In this document: positions 45,321 through 54,411 of the stretch, in pieces
Position numbering within the stretch: position 1 is the stretch's first letter
Layout: each line of letters begins with the position of its first letter
Source: an uncultured bacterium
GTDB taxonomy: Bacteria > Chlamydiota > Chlamydiia > Chlamydiales > CAZBXE01
NCBI GenBank assembly: GCA_964496125.1
Contig: CAZBXE010000004.1
Location: forward strand, 3,707-67,706
DNA: 64,000 bases
Reading direction: 5' to 3'
The notes under the pieces: model-generated
The model's database searches: none
What the model was told of the DNA's origin: nothing
What the model saw: only the letters and a program-made list of their open reading frames with translations
Made by a program: the position numbers and the translations under genes

Positions 45321-45444
45321 GTGGTGTGAATATTCGATCTTAAATACATTCAATTGTTTTTTCGATGAGTCCTATAGAAATGACAAGAACTAAACAGAGA
45401 AACCTGATTAGCTTTTTTTTGGCCGTTTTGTTATTCTTGCTTGC

Positions 45445-45762
45445 ATGCAGTGGTTAGCTCTTTTCGTAGCAGGACTTTTTGAGATTGTCTGGGCTATCGG
45501 CCTTAAATATACCGAAGGCTTTACTAAGCTTTGGCCAAGTTTATTGACAGGAGGGTCTATGGTGATTAGCTTTTTCTTATTGAGCTACTCACTCAAGTCG
45601 ATCCCGATGGGGACGGCGTACGCGGTCTGGACAGGAATTGGCGCTTGTGGAACCTTGTTATTTGGGATGTTTGCTTTAGGAGAGTCCAGAGATCCTGTTC
45701 GCGTTGGTTGCATTTTGGCGATTATTGCATGCATTTTCGTTTTAAAAATGACTCATAAATAA
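45445..45762 (+). CDS. sugE: SMR family transporter, SugE/Gdx type
   Basis: 105 aa with 4 TM helices. Conserved LFEIVWAIGLKYTEGF (membrane-embedded Glu) and AYAVWTGIGA. Confidence 0.9.
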   Translation: MQWLALFVAGLFEIVWAIGLKYTEGFTKLWPSLLTGGSMVISFFLLSYSLKSIPMGTAYAVWTGIGACGTLLFGMFALGESRDPVRVGCILAIIACIFVLKMTHK

Positions 45763-45832
45763 TCATACGCAGGCAGAAACCAGATTTTTAGTTCATTTGG
45801 GTATACACTCGTATGAGAGTGAGCTGTCTAGA

Positions 45833-46465
45833 TCAAGATCTTTTGCCTGTTAAGGCGTTTACTAGCATTTGAGTGATCCATGTCTCATAGTCGTCAGATG
45901 TCCAGCCTTGTTCTACAACGAGCATCCGATACAGATCTCGTCCTGTAAAGGACCATAGGATATCCCTTGCCTTTTTGACGCTAAGGCCTGCTGCCAGGGA
46001 TTGTTCTTCTTTCATGGCTTGTATAGTGATTGCTTGCCGATCGTAACGACGCATCTCTCTTTCTTTTTCGAGTTCTTTAAATTCAGGGGCAAGGATAGCT
46101 GCTCCTCGAAAAACATCCATTTGAGCCTTTTCTGCATCATACATTTGCCTTGCGATTTTTGCTGAAAAATGAAGGCGCATTGTTGGAGACTTTTCTTGGA
46201 TGCTTAATTCAACAAGAGCATCAAACTGATCCCCGGGAAGCGCCTCATCCATAAGCGCGCGAAGCACACCGCGCTTAGATTGAAAAAGTGAGTAAACGGT
46301 AGGTATTGAAACGCCTGCAGATTGGGCTATTTTTTCAATCGTGACATTTTCAAATCCTTCCGATTCAAAAAGATTTTTTGCGGCAACAAGAATGCGGGTT
46401 TTTGTTTGCGTCGCTTGGGTATTTCTGGTTGCAGACCTATACGGTCTTTTTTTTATCTTTGACAT
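45833..46465 (-). CDS. TetR/AcrR family transcriptional regulator
   Basis: 210 aa with an N-terminal HTH (ILVAAKNLFESEGFENVTIEKIAQSAGVSIPTVYSLFQSKRGVL). Confidence 0.9.
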   Translation of the reverse strand: MSKIKKRPYRSATRNTQATQTKTRILVAAKNLFESEGFENVTIEKIAQSAGVSIPTVYSLFQSKRGVLRALMDEALPGDQFDALVELSIQEKSPTMRLHFSAKIARQMYDAEKAQMDVFRGAAILAPEFKELEKEREMRRYDRQAITIQAMKEEQSLAAGLSVKKARDILWSFTGRDLYRMLVVEQGWTSDDYETWITQMLVNALTGKRS

Positions 46466-46470
46466 ATTGG

Positions 46471-46486
46471 TTGTAGTATACTACAA
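46471..46486. promoter_or_regulatory. Perfect 16-bp palindrome TTGTAGTATACTACAA, candidate TetR operator
   Basis: Read directly. It lies 5 bp from the tetR ATG (46465) and 40 bp upstream of the divergent GTG (46527). It contains a TATACT -10-like hexamer. Confidence 0.6.
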
Positions 46487-46526
46487 TCAATTTAAATTGT
46501 CCAAAGATTTCACAAGGAGAAAGATC

Positions 46527-46895
46527 GTGACAGACACAACGTCTACAGCAGTAGGATATTATACAGCTCTTGGAAAGAGGGATGTGGAAGCAGTGAAAAA
46601 ATGCCTCCATCCTGATGTGCAATTTTCCGATCCCCAGGAAACGGTTGTAGGCAGAGAAGCTGTCCTTAAGGCAGCCAAGGGCTTCACAGCGATTTTTAAA
46701 TCTCTTACGATTCGCGCGAAATTTGGGTCAGATACCCAAGCCTTGATTGTCTATGATGTAGAAATCCCCGGGCTTTCTAAAAACTTGCGTGCCGCTTCTC
46801 TACTGACTTTTCAAGATGGCCTCATTTCAAATATAGAGCTTATTTACGATACCCGCTGTTTCATGGAGAAAAAAAAGGAAGTTCTCTCCACATGA
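46527..46895 (+). CDS. SnoaL/NTF2-like small protein
   Basis: About 122 aa from the GTG at 46527, with AAGGAG 7 nt upstream. The track start (46341) would overlap tetR. The pattern YYTALGKRDVEAVKKCLHPDVQF...G is typical of SnoaL-like proteins. Confidence 0.6.
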   Translation: MTDTTSTAVGYYTALGKRDVEAVKKCLHPDVQFSDPQETVVGREAVLKAAKGFTAIFKSLTIRAKFGSDTQALIVYDVEIPGLSKNLRAASLLTFQDGLISNIELIYDTRCFMEKKKEVLST

Positions 46896-47053
46896 TTGAG
46901 AAATGCAAAAGTGTACGCCTGGCGTGAATTGCAAATTGGCACTTTAGGGCTTGGATGAATTCCACATTTTTGTTAAAATTGCGACACGCTGGGTGGTAGC
47001 TAGAGGCACAAGCCCCTTGCTTTAGCTGAGGGAGTATTCAGAGTGGTCACAAT

Positions 47054-48109
47054 ATGATTGGAAGAGCCTTACTTACCCTGCTTTTGTCTGTCTTTTTAAC
47101 CTCTTGCTGCAATAGTGCTTGCTACAACTATTGCACATGTGTAGAGGGCGCAGCAGAATTTGTCACCGATTCCTATAAAATTCGGCAAGGTAAGCTTGCC
47201 ATCTTGGAAATGCAAGGTGTCTGTGTTGGAGAGTTGCCAAACGATGCGATGTGTGAGTACCAAGATAGCATTTATGAAGATGATATCCTCAACATCATGG
47301 TGTTCCACCCCACCCGAAAAGACCTCATGGAGTCCATACGGACAATCAATGAGACGATCGGCTTCCGGGTAAAAAATGGGGAGATCAATATTCCCGATAT
47401 CCAGGCAATCTGTGTCAGAGGTCTTCCCCTCGAGATGGCGCGCGGTGTGATCGAAAGGGCTGTCCGGGACCAAGTCGGAGAGGCGGAGGTCTTCCTTAGC
47501 TATAGAGATAGGCTGTCGAGGAAAGTAGAGCTTGCAGGTCTTGTAAAGACAGCCAGTATTCCAGTGGATGGCAAAATACGGCTCTACGATGTCCTCTCAA
47601 GAGCCGGCATACCTCCCTGTGCAAACTTCTTTATGAGCTATGTTTCTCGCTGCAACTGTCCCCTGCCGCTTGATATCAGTAAATTAATGCTAGAGGGCGA
47701 TATGTGCCAAAATATTGTGATGCGAGGCGGTGATAAAGTTTTTATCGCAGATGATTGCGAAGGACGCGCCACGGTCATGGGAGAGGTAATGAAACCCACC
47801 GCTATTCCCCTCCCCAAAGGCTATATTTCACTTCGCGAGGCATTAGTGGCTGCAGGCGGTATTCCCTTCACGGGTAATCGTGACTGCATTCAAATCATCC
47901 GTGGAAATCTTCCGAGTCCAAAAATTTATGTACTTTCTTGGGAACATATAGTAAATCTACCCAACGACAGCTTGCTATTGATGCCGGGGGATACGGTGTA
48001 CGTTTCCGAGAGGCCGATCACCCAGTGGAATCGCTTCATCAGCCAGCTTCTGCCGAGCTTATCGGGAGCGATGCAGGGTTTTGGAGCATATAAATTATTT
48101 TATCCATAG
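47054..48109 (+). CDS. wza: Polysaccharide export outer-membrane lipoprotein, Wza-like
   Basis: 351 aa. Lipobox LTSC. Poly_export/SLBB-like segments are present (MPGDTVYVSERP, GDKVFIADD, IRLYDVLSRAGI). Confidence 0.75.
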   Translation: MIGRALLTLLLSVFLTSCCNSACYNYCTCVEGAAEFVTDSYKIRQGKLAILEMQGVCVGELPNDAMCEYQDSIYEDDILNIMVFHPTRKDLMESIRTINETIGFRVKNGEINIPDIQAICVRGLPLEMARGVIERAVRDQVGEAEVFLSYRDRLSRKVELAGLVKTASIPVDGKIRLYDVLSRAGIPPCANFFMSYVSRCNCPLPLDISKLMLEGDMCQNIVMRGGDKVFIADDCEGRATVMGEVMKPTAIPLPKGYISLREALVAAGGIPFTGNRDCIQIIRGNLPSPKIYVLSWEHIVNLPNDSLLLMPGDTVYVSERPITQWNRFISQLLPSLSGAMQGFGAYKLFYP

Positions 48110-48118
48110 GGAGAGTGT

Positions 48119-50905
48119 ATGAGCCAAGGAGAAGAGCTTGCCTTTTCTCTATCGGATATCCTAGAGACGATCCGGAGAAACAAGCAAAAGCTTTTTTTGT
48201 GCACACTTTGTTTCTCTTTGCTCTTTGTAACCTTTAGGCTGAATCGCCCTGTTCTCTATACAGCAGAAGCTCTCTTCCGAGACAGAGCTTCTGCTCGCAA
48301 TAGTGAGAGAGGCGTAGGGTCACTTGCGGGCCTTTTATCTGAAGCGTATGGGGGTGGCAAGGGAGAAGATCTCAGCTCTGTGATGCTTTCTCGAAGAATC
48401 CTTGAGAAGGCAATCGAGCGGACAAATCTTCACGCAAGGCTTAAAGAAGAGACGTTTTTGCCCCCAATTGCGCAGAGAATATATGGAAATTTGCAAGCTG
48501 AATGGCAGAATCTAGTTTATCTGCTTTTGAAGAAGGTTCCTCGCTTGGAAGAGAAACAAGCAGAACTCCTTCTCTCTGAGGTCAAGTATTTTCTTCCTTG
48601 GAAATCTTCTTTTTCTTTGACCTTGCACAGGGATGGTCGCTTCACCCTTTTCCAGAAGGAAAGCCAGTTTTCTGCAGAAGGAACCCTAGGGATTCCCTTT
48701 ACATGCCCCTATGTTTCCTTTTTACTTAAGTCAAATGGTCACCCTCCGTCGCATACAAGATACACTCTTGCGATGACCCCGCTCTCTCTTGCAGCTGATG
48801 AGATAGAAAAAAAAGTATCTGTGATTAAGGATAGAAAGGATTGGAGTCTCTATAAAGTTGGGTATGCAGATGAAGAGAGGGAAAGATCTGCTTTTTTTGT
48901 GAATGCCCTGATGGAGGAGTACCAGAATTATCTAAAGGATGAGAGCGCAGTTGTTGCAGAGCAGCAGCTTCATTTTTTACAAAGCCAGCAGAAGGCGACT
49001 CAGAAAAACTTAGAGCAAGTGCTAGATGAGTACGCTACTGGCCTTGAATTCGATGTCACCTCTTCTGGCTTTCCAAGTAGTGAAAAAGAGCTTTCTGTCC
49101 TTGGTGAGGCGCAGCAGCAGTGTCAGAGAAATCTCTTTGCTATTGAGTTGAATATGAAAAGGCTCGGCACTACAGGTGAAACGGGGGTTTCCCTTTCTGA
49201 ATTTCCTAAGATTGCAGGGCTTGAAAATGTGATTGATGGGCTGAAGAAGCAAAAAGATGAACTAAATATTACGTTTGGAAAAGAAGCCTATCCTTTTGAT
49301 GAAAAGCAGTTTGCTGCTATTTTTAACGAGTTTGAAAAAATTAAAGAGAAACAAAGGACGATTAAAAACTACCTAGCTACTTTAGAGGGCGCTCAAGATG
49401 AAAAGCTTTTGTTTCAAAGGCGGGCGCTAATTGGTTATCTACGTAACTTGGAAAATACGCTTTTTATTAAACAGCAGACCCTTACAGAAAATTTGCCAAG
49501 TGTTGAAGATTTCGGACAGCAGATGCAAGGGGTCACCTTGGAGATGGCCAAGGAGCTGTATCTTGGGGGTAGCCGTGAGCTACGAGCCTTGGAGACAGAA
49601 GAAAAGGAGGTTTTGTACTTTTTGGAAAAAGTAAAAGATTTAAAGTTTGAACTCAGTTCGTTTAGTGGAATTAAAATAGATCCCTTCTCTCAAAAAGCAA
49701 TTGAAAAGGCAGCCGCCCTTGAGTACTTGCTTAAGGATGAAACAAGCCGCAGTGCAAAAGAACAGGAGAGAGTCCGCGCAGAACTATCGATGCAAAGAGA
49801 ACTACTTGAGCTTCATCTTACCCAGACTCTTGACCTGCTGAAGATAAAGCAGGAAGCCTTGCAAGAGAAGCTGGAAAGTCTCCGTAAGATCAAACTCCAC
49901 CTCATCAGTCACCAGATCTCTCTGACAGAGCGGCAAAAGCAGGATCTTGTGCAGCTGCTTACTGCTTCGCTCCAGTCAGAAAAGGAGGCTATTTCGAAAC
50001 AGATGGAGGATGTAAAAGAAAAAATGGCAGCAGTTCCCAAAAAATGGGTTGCGGAACAAATGCTCAAGCATGCTGTCTCCTTTGCAGAGAAGATGACCGA
50101 GGAGATCACAAAGCTTGTGGAGGTAAAGACCATCAACTACAACCTTGATGTGATCCAATCAAGGCCTGTCGATTTTGCACTCATGGCTTTTCTTCCGAGT
50201 CCACCCCATCTTCTTGTCTTTGGTGTATTGGGAGCGATTCTTGGCTGGGGGGCAGCTTTTGGGTATTTTCTTGTGCGATCGGTCATGTACGGTTTTTTTG
50301 TGACACCTGAATCTCTTCGTGTTTTGAACAAACATGTCGCAGGGAAAATTTCGAAGTTTTCTGAGGTGTGTTCTTTAGAATCGATCTCTGATTCTGATTT
50401 AGAAACGCTTCGCAATCTTTTTGCTTTCGAGCAAAGACAAGAAGAGGCAAGTCGTAAGTGGCTGCTTTTAGAAGGTAGTGGACCTAAGTATGCTCCTCTT
50501 CTTGCAGCTTATATCGCAAAGATGGGTCTTCGGGTTTTGCTCGTTCCCCTTTCCTTTACAAAAGAAGGTTTGGGAAGAGGGCTTCTGCAGCACCTTCAGG
50601 GAGAAACAGATAATGTTTTGATAGAGAGAGTAGAGCGCGGGTATGATCAGGTGGAAGCGGGCGGTGTGTGCCGGTATGCGGCAGAACTTGTAAGTTCGTC
50701 GAAATTTTTAACACTCCTTGCGGACTGGGAGAGGGAGTATGATTGGATCTTACTTACCTCGGAATCTGCGGGGGGAAGTGGCGAGGCTTCTTCTCTTCTC
50801 AATCTTTTTGACCGCGTGACGTGTACTGTACACGATGATACGTTCCAGACGCTTTCTCCTTTGCTAGAAATTACAGGCAAACGCACCTCCTTCCTTTTCG
50901 CCTAA
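48119..50905 (+). CDS. Polysaccharide co-polymerase (Wzc/GumC-like, PCP-2 architecture) with a degenerate C-terminal P-loop domain
   Basis: 928 aa. Order of parts: TM1, a Wzz-like start (YTAEALFRD), a long coiled-coil periplasmic region, proline motif LPSPPHL before TM2, then a ~150-aa cytoplasmic domain lacking GK[ST] (EGSGPKYAP) and lacking a terminal Tyr cluster. Confidence 0.7.
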   Translation: MSQGEELAFSLSDILETIRRNKQKLFLCTLCFSLLFVTFRLNRPVLYTAEALFRDRASARNSERGVGSLAGLLSEAYGGGKGEDLSSVMLSRRILEKAIERTNLHARLKEETFLPPIAQRIYGNLQAEWQNLVYLLLKKVPRLEEKQAELLLSEVKYFLPWKSSFSLTLHRDGRFTLFQKESQFSAEGTLGIPFTCPYVSFLLKSNGHPPSHTRYTLAMTPLSLAADEIEKKVSVIKDRKDWSLYKVGYADEERERSAFFVNALMEEYQNYLKDESAVVAEQQLHFLQSQQKATQKNLEQVLDEYATGLEFDVTSSGFPSSEKELSVLGEAQQQCQRNLFAIELNMKRLGTTGETGVSLSEFPKIAGLENVIDGLKKQKDELNITFGKEAYPFDEKQFAAIFNEFEKIKEKQRTIKNYLATLEGAQDEKLLFQRRALIGYLRNLENTLFIKQQTLTENLPSVEDFGQQMQGVTLEMAKELYLGGSRELRALETEEKEVLYFLEKVKDLKFELSSFSGIKIDPFSQKAIEKAAALEYLLKDETSRSAKEQERVRAELSMQRELLELHLTQTLDLLKIKQEALQEKLESLRKIKLHLISHQISLTERQKQDLVQLLTASLQSEKEAISKQMEDVKEKMAAVPKKWVAEQMLKHAVSFAEKMTEEITKLVEVKTINYNLDVIQSRPVDFALMAFLPSPPHLLVFGVLGAILGWGAAFGYFLVRSVMYGFFVTPESLRVLNKHVAGKISKFSEVCSLESISDSDLETLRNLFAFEQRQEEASRKWLLLEGSGPKYAPLLAAYIAKMGLRVLLVPLSFTKEGLGRGLLQHLQGETDNVLIERVERGYDQVEAGGVCRYAAELVSSSKFLTLLADWEREYDWILLTSESAGGSGEASSLLNLFDRVTCTVHDDTFQTLSPLLEITGKRTSFLFA

Positions 50906-53900
50906 GAGTGTTTTAATCTCACGCCACTTTTTGACGATTTGGGCTGCGATTGGGGCTGATTCCCTTCCTAGGCCCCCGTAAAGAAGATAGACGACGACGA
51001 CAAGCTCCGGCTTGCCAAAAGGATCTTTAAAAGTAAACTCTTCGAATTGGCCTTCTTCTTGGTCAAACGAAATGCCGCCAAACCAGACATGGTTGTAGGT
51101 ATTTACCCCTTGGTACATGTCAAGGTCAATTCTCCCCCGTGCTTCTGCGGTGCTTGTCTTTCCCACAAGCTGCCCTTTTAAAGAGACAAAGTCAGCCACA
51201 GCTTCTGGATTCTTTTTATAGAGTTGGTAGAGAGCCCAAAGTGATTTTTCTGTTGAGCGGATAGCTGTTCTCTGCATTCCTGTAAGAAGAAGATCTCGTA
51301 TGGGTTTTGGCATCCAAATTTCTCTTTTGGTTTCAGTAGGGAGCAGATAGACTCTATTTTCAAGCGAGTCGGTAGTTAGGCCTTGGAAAAGGGGTGTATT
51401 GATCCCAAGGAGAGTCAAGGAGTCTTGGAAGGGAAAGCTTGAGATTTTTTCTTTTTTGGCAGGTCCTGCTGTGAGAAGGGCAATCTTAGGAACAAGGATT
51501 TTGCCCCGATTGGCAATACTTGCGAGCATGACAGCTGACTGAAGGGGGGTTGCATCAAAGGCATGCTGACCGATGGCAAAAGAATAGAGTCCAGTTTTGT
51601 TGCGTTGCAAGTCGATAGGAAGCTTTCCTTTGATTTCTCCAGGTAGGTTAACTCCTGTTCTCTCTCCATAGGAAAAAGCCGCAGCTGTAGCTGCTAAGTC
51701 TTCTCCTGATTCGATAAAGTCTGTCGACAAGATACCAAAGTAGGGGTTGCTTGAGTGCTCGAGCGCGCCGAGAAGATCGATGCGCCCAATTCCCTTGGAG
51801 AGGCTTTTGATTAGCCTTCCCCCTTTATACTTCTGCTGGATTGGACTGCCATCTAGGAAGTGCCCAACGACTGCCGTTTCCCCGTTTTTCTGGTACTCAT
51901 CGATCATCTCGAAGGGTGAAAGAACTTTGGGGTCATTCGGGATGTTGTCTTGGGAATGGAATTTTTGTCTCAAGGCTTCATAGGCGGTCACAACCTTGAA
52001 AAGAGAACCTTGCTGTGCGCTCTGCCGATAAGCATAAGAGCGACCATAGCCATATCCCCTGATTGGATAGAAGGCAGCTGCAAGATGGCACTCAAGAGAC
52101 CCCTCTTGTGTCTTACGGATGCCTTGATAGTGGGCAAGAAGAGGGGTTTTAAGGTCGTGGTAGCTTCTTAAGGTTTTGAGATACGTTTTGGCAAGGGAGA
52201 GAGGTAGCTTTGTAAGGTGGGCAGTTAAGGTGTTATAGGCGGCTTTAAATTCGATCGTTCTATGAGCCCCGCTAGTGAGTTCTCGGTGCCAGCTATGAAG
52301 TGTGCGGTAGAAAAGATCAAGTCTGGGATCAGATTTTGTTTCAACTCCCAGCAGGAAAGCAAGGAGAAGGTCGCTATGAAATTGCTCCCAAAATGCTGTG
52401 AAAAGCTCTTTTTCCTTTTTGTCTAAGAGATCAATGTAGGGCTTTGGATATTGCCCCTTTTCTTTCTCTTTGGCACGGATTTCTTTAAGATAAGCTTTTT
52501 CATTTTTCTCACGCCATAAGGCAAATTCCGTATTTTGAAAAATCTCCCTTGCCATTTTTTTGACTGTTTCGTCTAAGATCACTTTTGCAGATGCCGCGTG
52601 TTTTTGCTTTTCTAAAGAAAGCTGCCCCACCCAGGAGAGGAGTTGATCTGGGAAAAGCTCTTCAGGCGCGACCAGATGAGCAAGATCCACAAGAAGGAGC
52701 TTATCACGGTTATGCAAAAGATCTTTCCAGTAGGGGGCCATGTCCTTTACCCCTTTTTCCAAAGTGTAGTCAGATTCTAGAAGCCTTTTTTCTATCTCTT
52801 CTTTTTTTAAAGAAGAGATGTTTTTTGCACCATTGAAAGGGGCGTGTTCTTCCGTATCGTAGAGGGCGTTAACAAGCTCCTCTCCTTGAGGAGAGCCACT
52901 CATAGCAAGAATTTTAAAAAAAGATCTCTGTAGTTTTATGGCCTCCCCTATCGTGGATACCTCTTTGAGTTTAGCTAAGATAGAGCTATCCTTTGGAAAG
53001 AGTGTTTCCAGGTAAGTCTGCCAATCTAATATTTTTCTTTGTTCGTAGAGGCTTGCTGTTTCATAATTCCAATATTCCCGCTCGAGAGAGCTTTTTTCAT
53101 CCCAAATATCGGCAATGTAAGCTTCATCTTCGAGCCATCTGTGGATTTTCTTTTCTTTTTCCCTGGCTGCTTCCTTGTCTCCGGACCTGATAAAGTCGTT
53201 CGGGTTAATTCGGGGATAGCTAGCTAGGGCAAGAATTTCCCCCGTAGTTGGCTCCATAGCCACAATCGCTCCCCCCTTGATCCAGGGTTCTTTGATGGTA
53301 GAGCCTGCAGGTAGGCCTGTAACGCGAGGCCTCCGAATGGCTTCATTTTGGATGAGAAGGGTTTCTGCAAACTCTTGCAAGTCTGAGGAAATGCTTAGAA
53401 GAACACGCTGGCCCGGAACAGGAGGATGGGAGCCGGGAAGATCTTTTAGGGGCTCACCTGCCGCATCAGCCCTATAGCACCTCTTTCCAGCAAAACCACG
53501 GAGTGTTTCCTCAAATGTTGCCTCAATGCCAGCTTTTCCAACAGTGTCGTTGATGCTGTAGGCTCTTTCTTTTAGCGTTTTAAGCCTCTTTTGGAATGCT
53601 TGGAATTCTTCAAGTGAAGAGGCTGTGTGGAGTCTGTATTCTAGGTTTTGCATTTCTTGCATAATGGTTTCGTATTCTTCTCGGTTAATTTGCCCAACAT
53701 AGCCGAGAAGATCAGAGGCTACTCTTTCCTTGGGATATACTCGTTTAGGTACAATCTGGGCGATGAGGCCAGGGAAATCTTTTTCCCTAGCTTTTAAGCG
53801 GTAGTACTCTTTCTCTGAGATATCCTCCTTGAGCACAAAAGGAATTGTGTTGTAGAGGGCAGATTTTGCAAAAATAAGGTCTTCGATCCGCCCGGGATCG

Positions 53901-54286
53901 AGGTTAAGTTCTGTCCCTAGAAATTGGGAGAGAGAGTATATATAATTTTTTCGAAACGAGACTTTTACTTTGTTTCCCTGGTTATCTTTTTGGATTGTAA
54001 CTCTCGGAAGCTCTTTGATTTGAGAGTAGAGAAGGGCTGCATTGTATTGCACTCGGTTAATGGCAAGGGGTTTGTTAAACCTATCTCGGATGGTGGCTCT
54101 GATGGCCGGGATGATCCGCTCACGCCGTTTTGGTTTTTCAGCAGACTCTAACCTTGTTTCATGCTGAAGAAGAGTAAGGTGGCCGATGCGAAGGAGAATG
54201 AGGAGTAGGGCTAGGAGTATCCCTTGAAGAATCTTGTTTGCTTTGTCGTGGATCGAGGAAGGTTTTTCGGCGTGCCTTTTTCTCAT
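50864..54286 (-). CDS. pbp2: Penicillin-binding protein 2 (class B transpeptidase), enlarged chlamydial type
   Basis: 1140 aa with an N-terminal TM helix. Transpeptidase motifs are GSLFK (SxxK), HSSN (SxN) and GKTST (KTG-like). Large insertions as in chlamydial PBP2. Confidence 0.85.
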   Translation of the reverse strand: MRKRHAEKPSSIHDKANKILQGILLALLLILLRIGHLTLLQHETRLESAEKPKRRERIIPAIRATIRDRFNKPLAINRVQYNAALLYSQIKELPRVTIQKDNQGNKVKVSFRKNYIYSLSQFLGTELNLDPGRIEDLIFAKSALYNTIPFVLKEDISEKEYYRLKAREKDFPGLIAQIVPKRVYPKERVASDLLGYVGQINREEYETIMQEMQNLEYRLHTASSLEEFQAFQKRLKTLKERAYSINDTVGKAGIEATFEETLRGFAGKRCYRADAAGEPLKDLPGSHPPVPGQRVLLSISSDLQEFAETLLIQNEAIRRPRVTGLPAGSTIKEPWIKGGAIVAMEPTTGEILALASYPRINPNDFIRSGDKEAAREKEKKIHRWLEDEAYIADIWDEKSSLEREYWNYETASLYEQRKILDWQTYLETLFPKDSSILAKLKEVSTIGEAIKLQRSFFKILAMSGSPQGEELVNALYDTEEHAPFNGAKNISSLKKEEIEKRLLESDYTLEKGVKDMAPYWKDLLHNRDKLLLVDLAHLVAPEELFPDQLLSWVGQLSLEKQKHAASAKVILDETVKKMAREIFQNTEFALWREKNEKAYLKEIRAKEKEKGQYPKPYIDLLDKKEKELFTAFWEQFHSDLLLAFLLGVETKSDPRLDLFYRTLHSWHRELTSGAHRTIEFKAAYNTLTAHLTKLPLSLAKTYLKTLRSYHDLKTPLLAHYQGIRKTQEGSLECHLAAAFYPIRGYGYGRSYAYRQSAQQGSLFKVVTAYEALRQKFHSQDNIPNDPKVLSPFEMIDEYQKNGETAVVGHFLDGSPIQQKYKGGRLIKSLSKGIGRIDLLGALEHSSNPYFGILSTDFIESGEDLAATAAAFSYGERTGVNLPGEIKGKLPIDLQRNKTGLYSFAIGQHAFDATPLQSAVMLASIANRGKILVPKIALLTAGPAKKEKISSFPFQDSLTLLGINTPLFQGLTTDSLENRVYLLPTETKREIWMPKPIRDLLLTGMQRTAIRSTEKSLWALYQLYKKNPEAVADFVSLKGQLVGKTSTAEARGRIDLDMYQGVNTYNHVWFGGISFDQEEGQFEEFTFKDPFGKPELVVVVYLLYGGLGRESAPIAAQIVKKWREIKTLLGEKEGGAFACNF

Positions 54287-54298
54287 TAGAAATCATTC

Positions 54299-54327
54299 TT
54301 GCAAATTTTGCTGTTTTAATACATAAT
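54299..54327 (+). promoter_or_regulatory. Candidate promoter of tRNA-Trp: TTGCAA-N17-CATAAT
   Basis: Read directly: -35 at 54299-54304 and -10 at 54322-54327, 13 nt upstream of the tRNA 5' end. Confidence 0.45.
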
Positions 54328-54340
54328 AAACCACACGTTT

Positions 54341-54411
54341 GCGCCTGTAGTTCAATGGTAGAACAGTAGCCTTCCAAGCTACGAGTGTCAGTTCGATTCT
54401 GATCAGGCGCT
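54341..54411 (+). tRNA. tRNA-Trp (anticodon CCA)
   Basis: Hand-folded. Acceptor GCGCCTG/CAGGCGC, anticodon arm GTAGC-CTTCCAA-GCTAC, T-loop TTCGATT. Confidence 0.9.

Noticed and set aside
45321-45444. Looked for a guanidine riboswitch (ykkC, mini-ykkC or ykkC-III) upstream of the SugE/Gdx-type SMR gene.
   Set aside because: There are no paired ACGR-loop hairpins and no ykkC-like conserved segments visible in the 124-nt leader. It is AT-rich with no convincing structure.
42605-45808. Inverted sequence match flanking the AT-rich cassette plus sugE: GTGTCTATACCCAAATG (42605-42621) versus CATTTGGGTATACAC (45794-45808). I considered these as possible terminal inverted repeats of a mobile element.
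   Set aside because: Only 12 nt match exactly (TATACCCAAATG), plus 4 more after a 1-nt indel. Matches of this length are expected by chance several times in 64 kb. There are no target-site duplications and no transposase, and the right copy lies beyond sugE, which has normal GC. It is recorded as a coincidence unless a genome-wide search shows the motif recurs.
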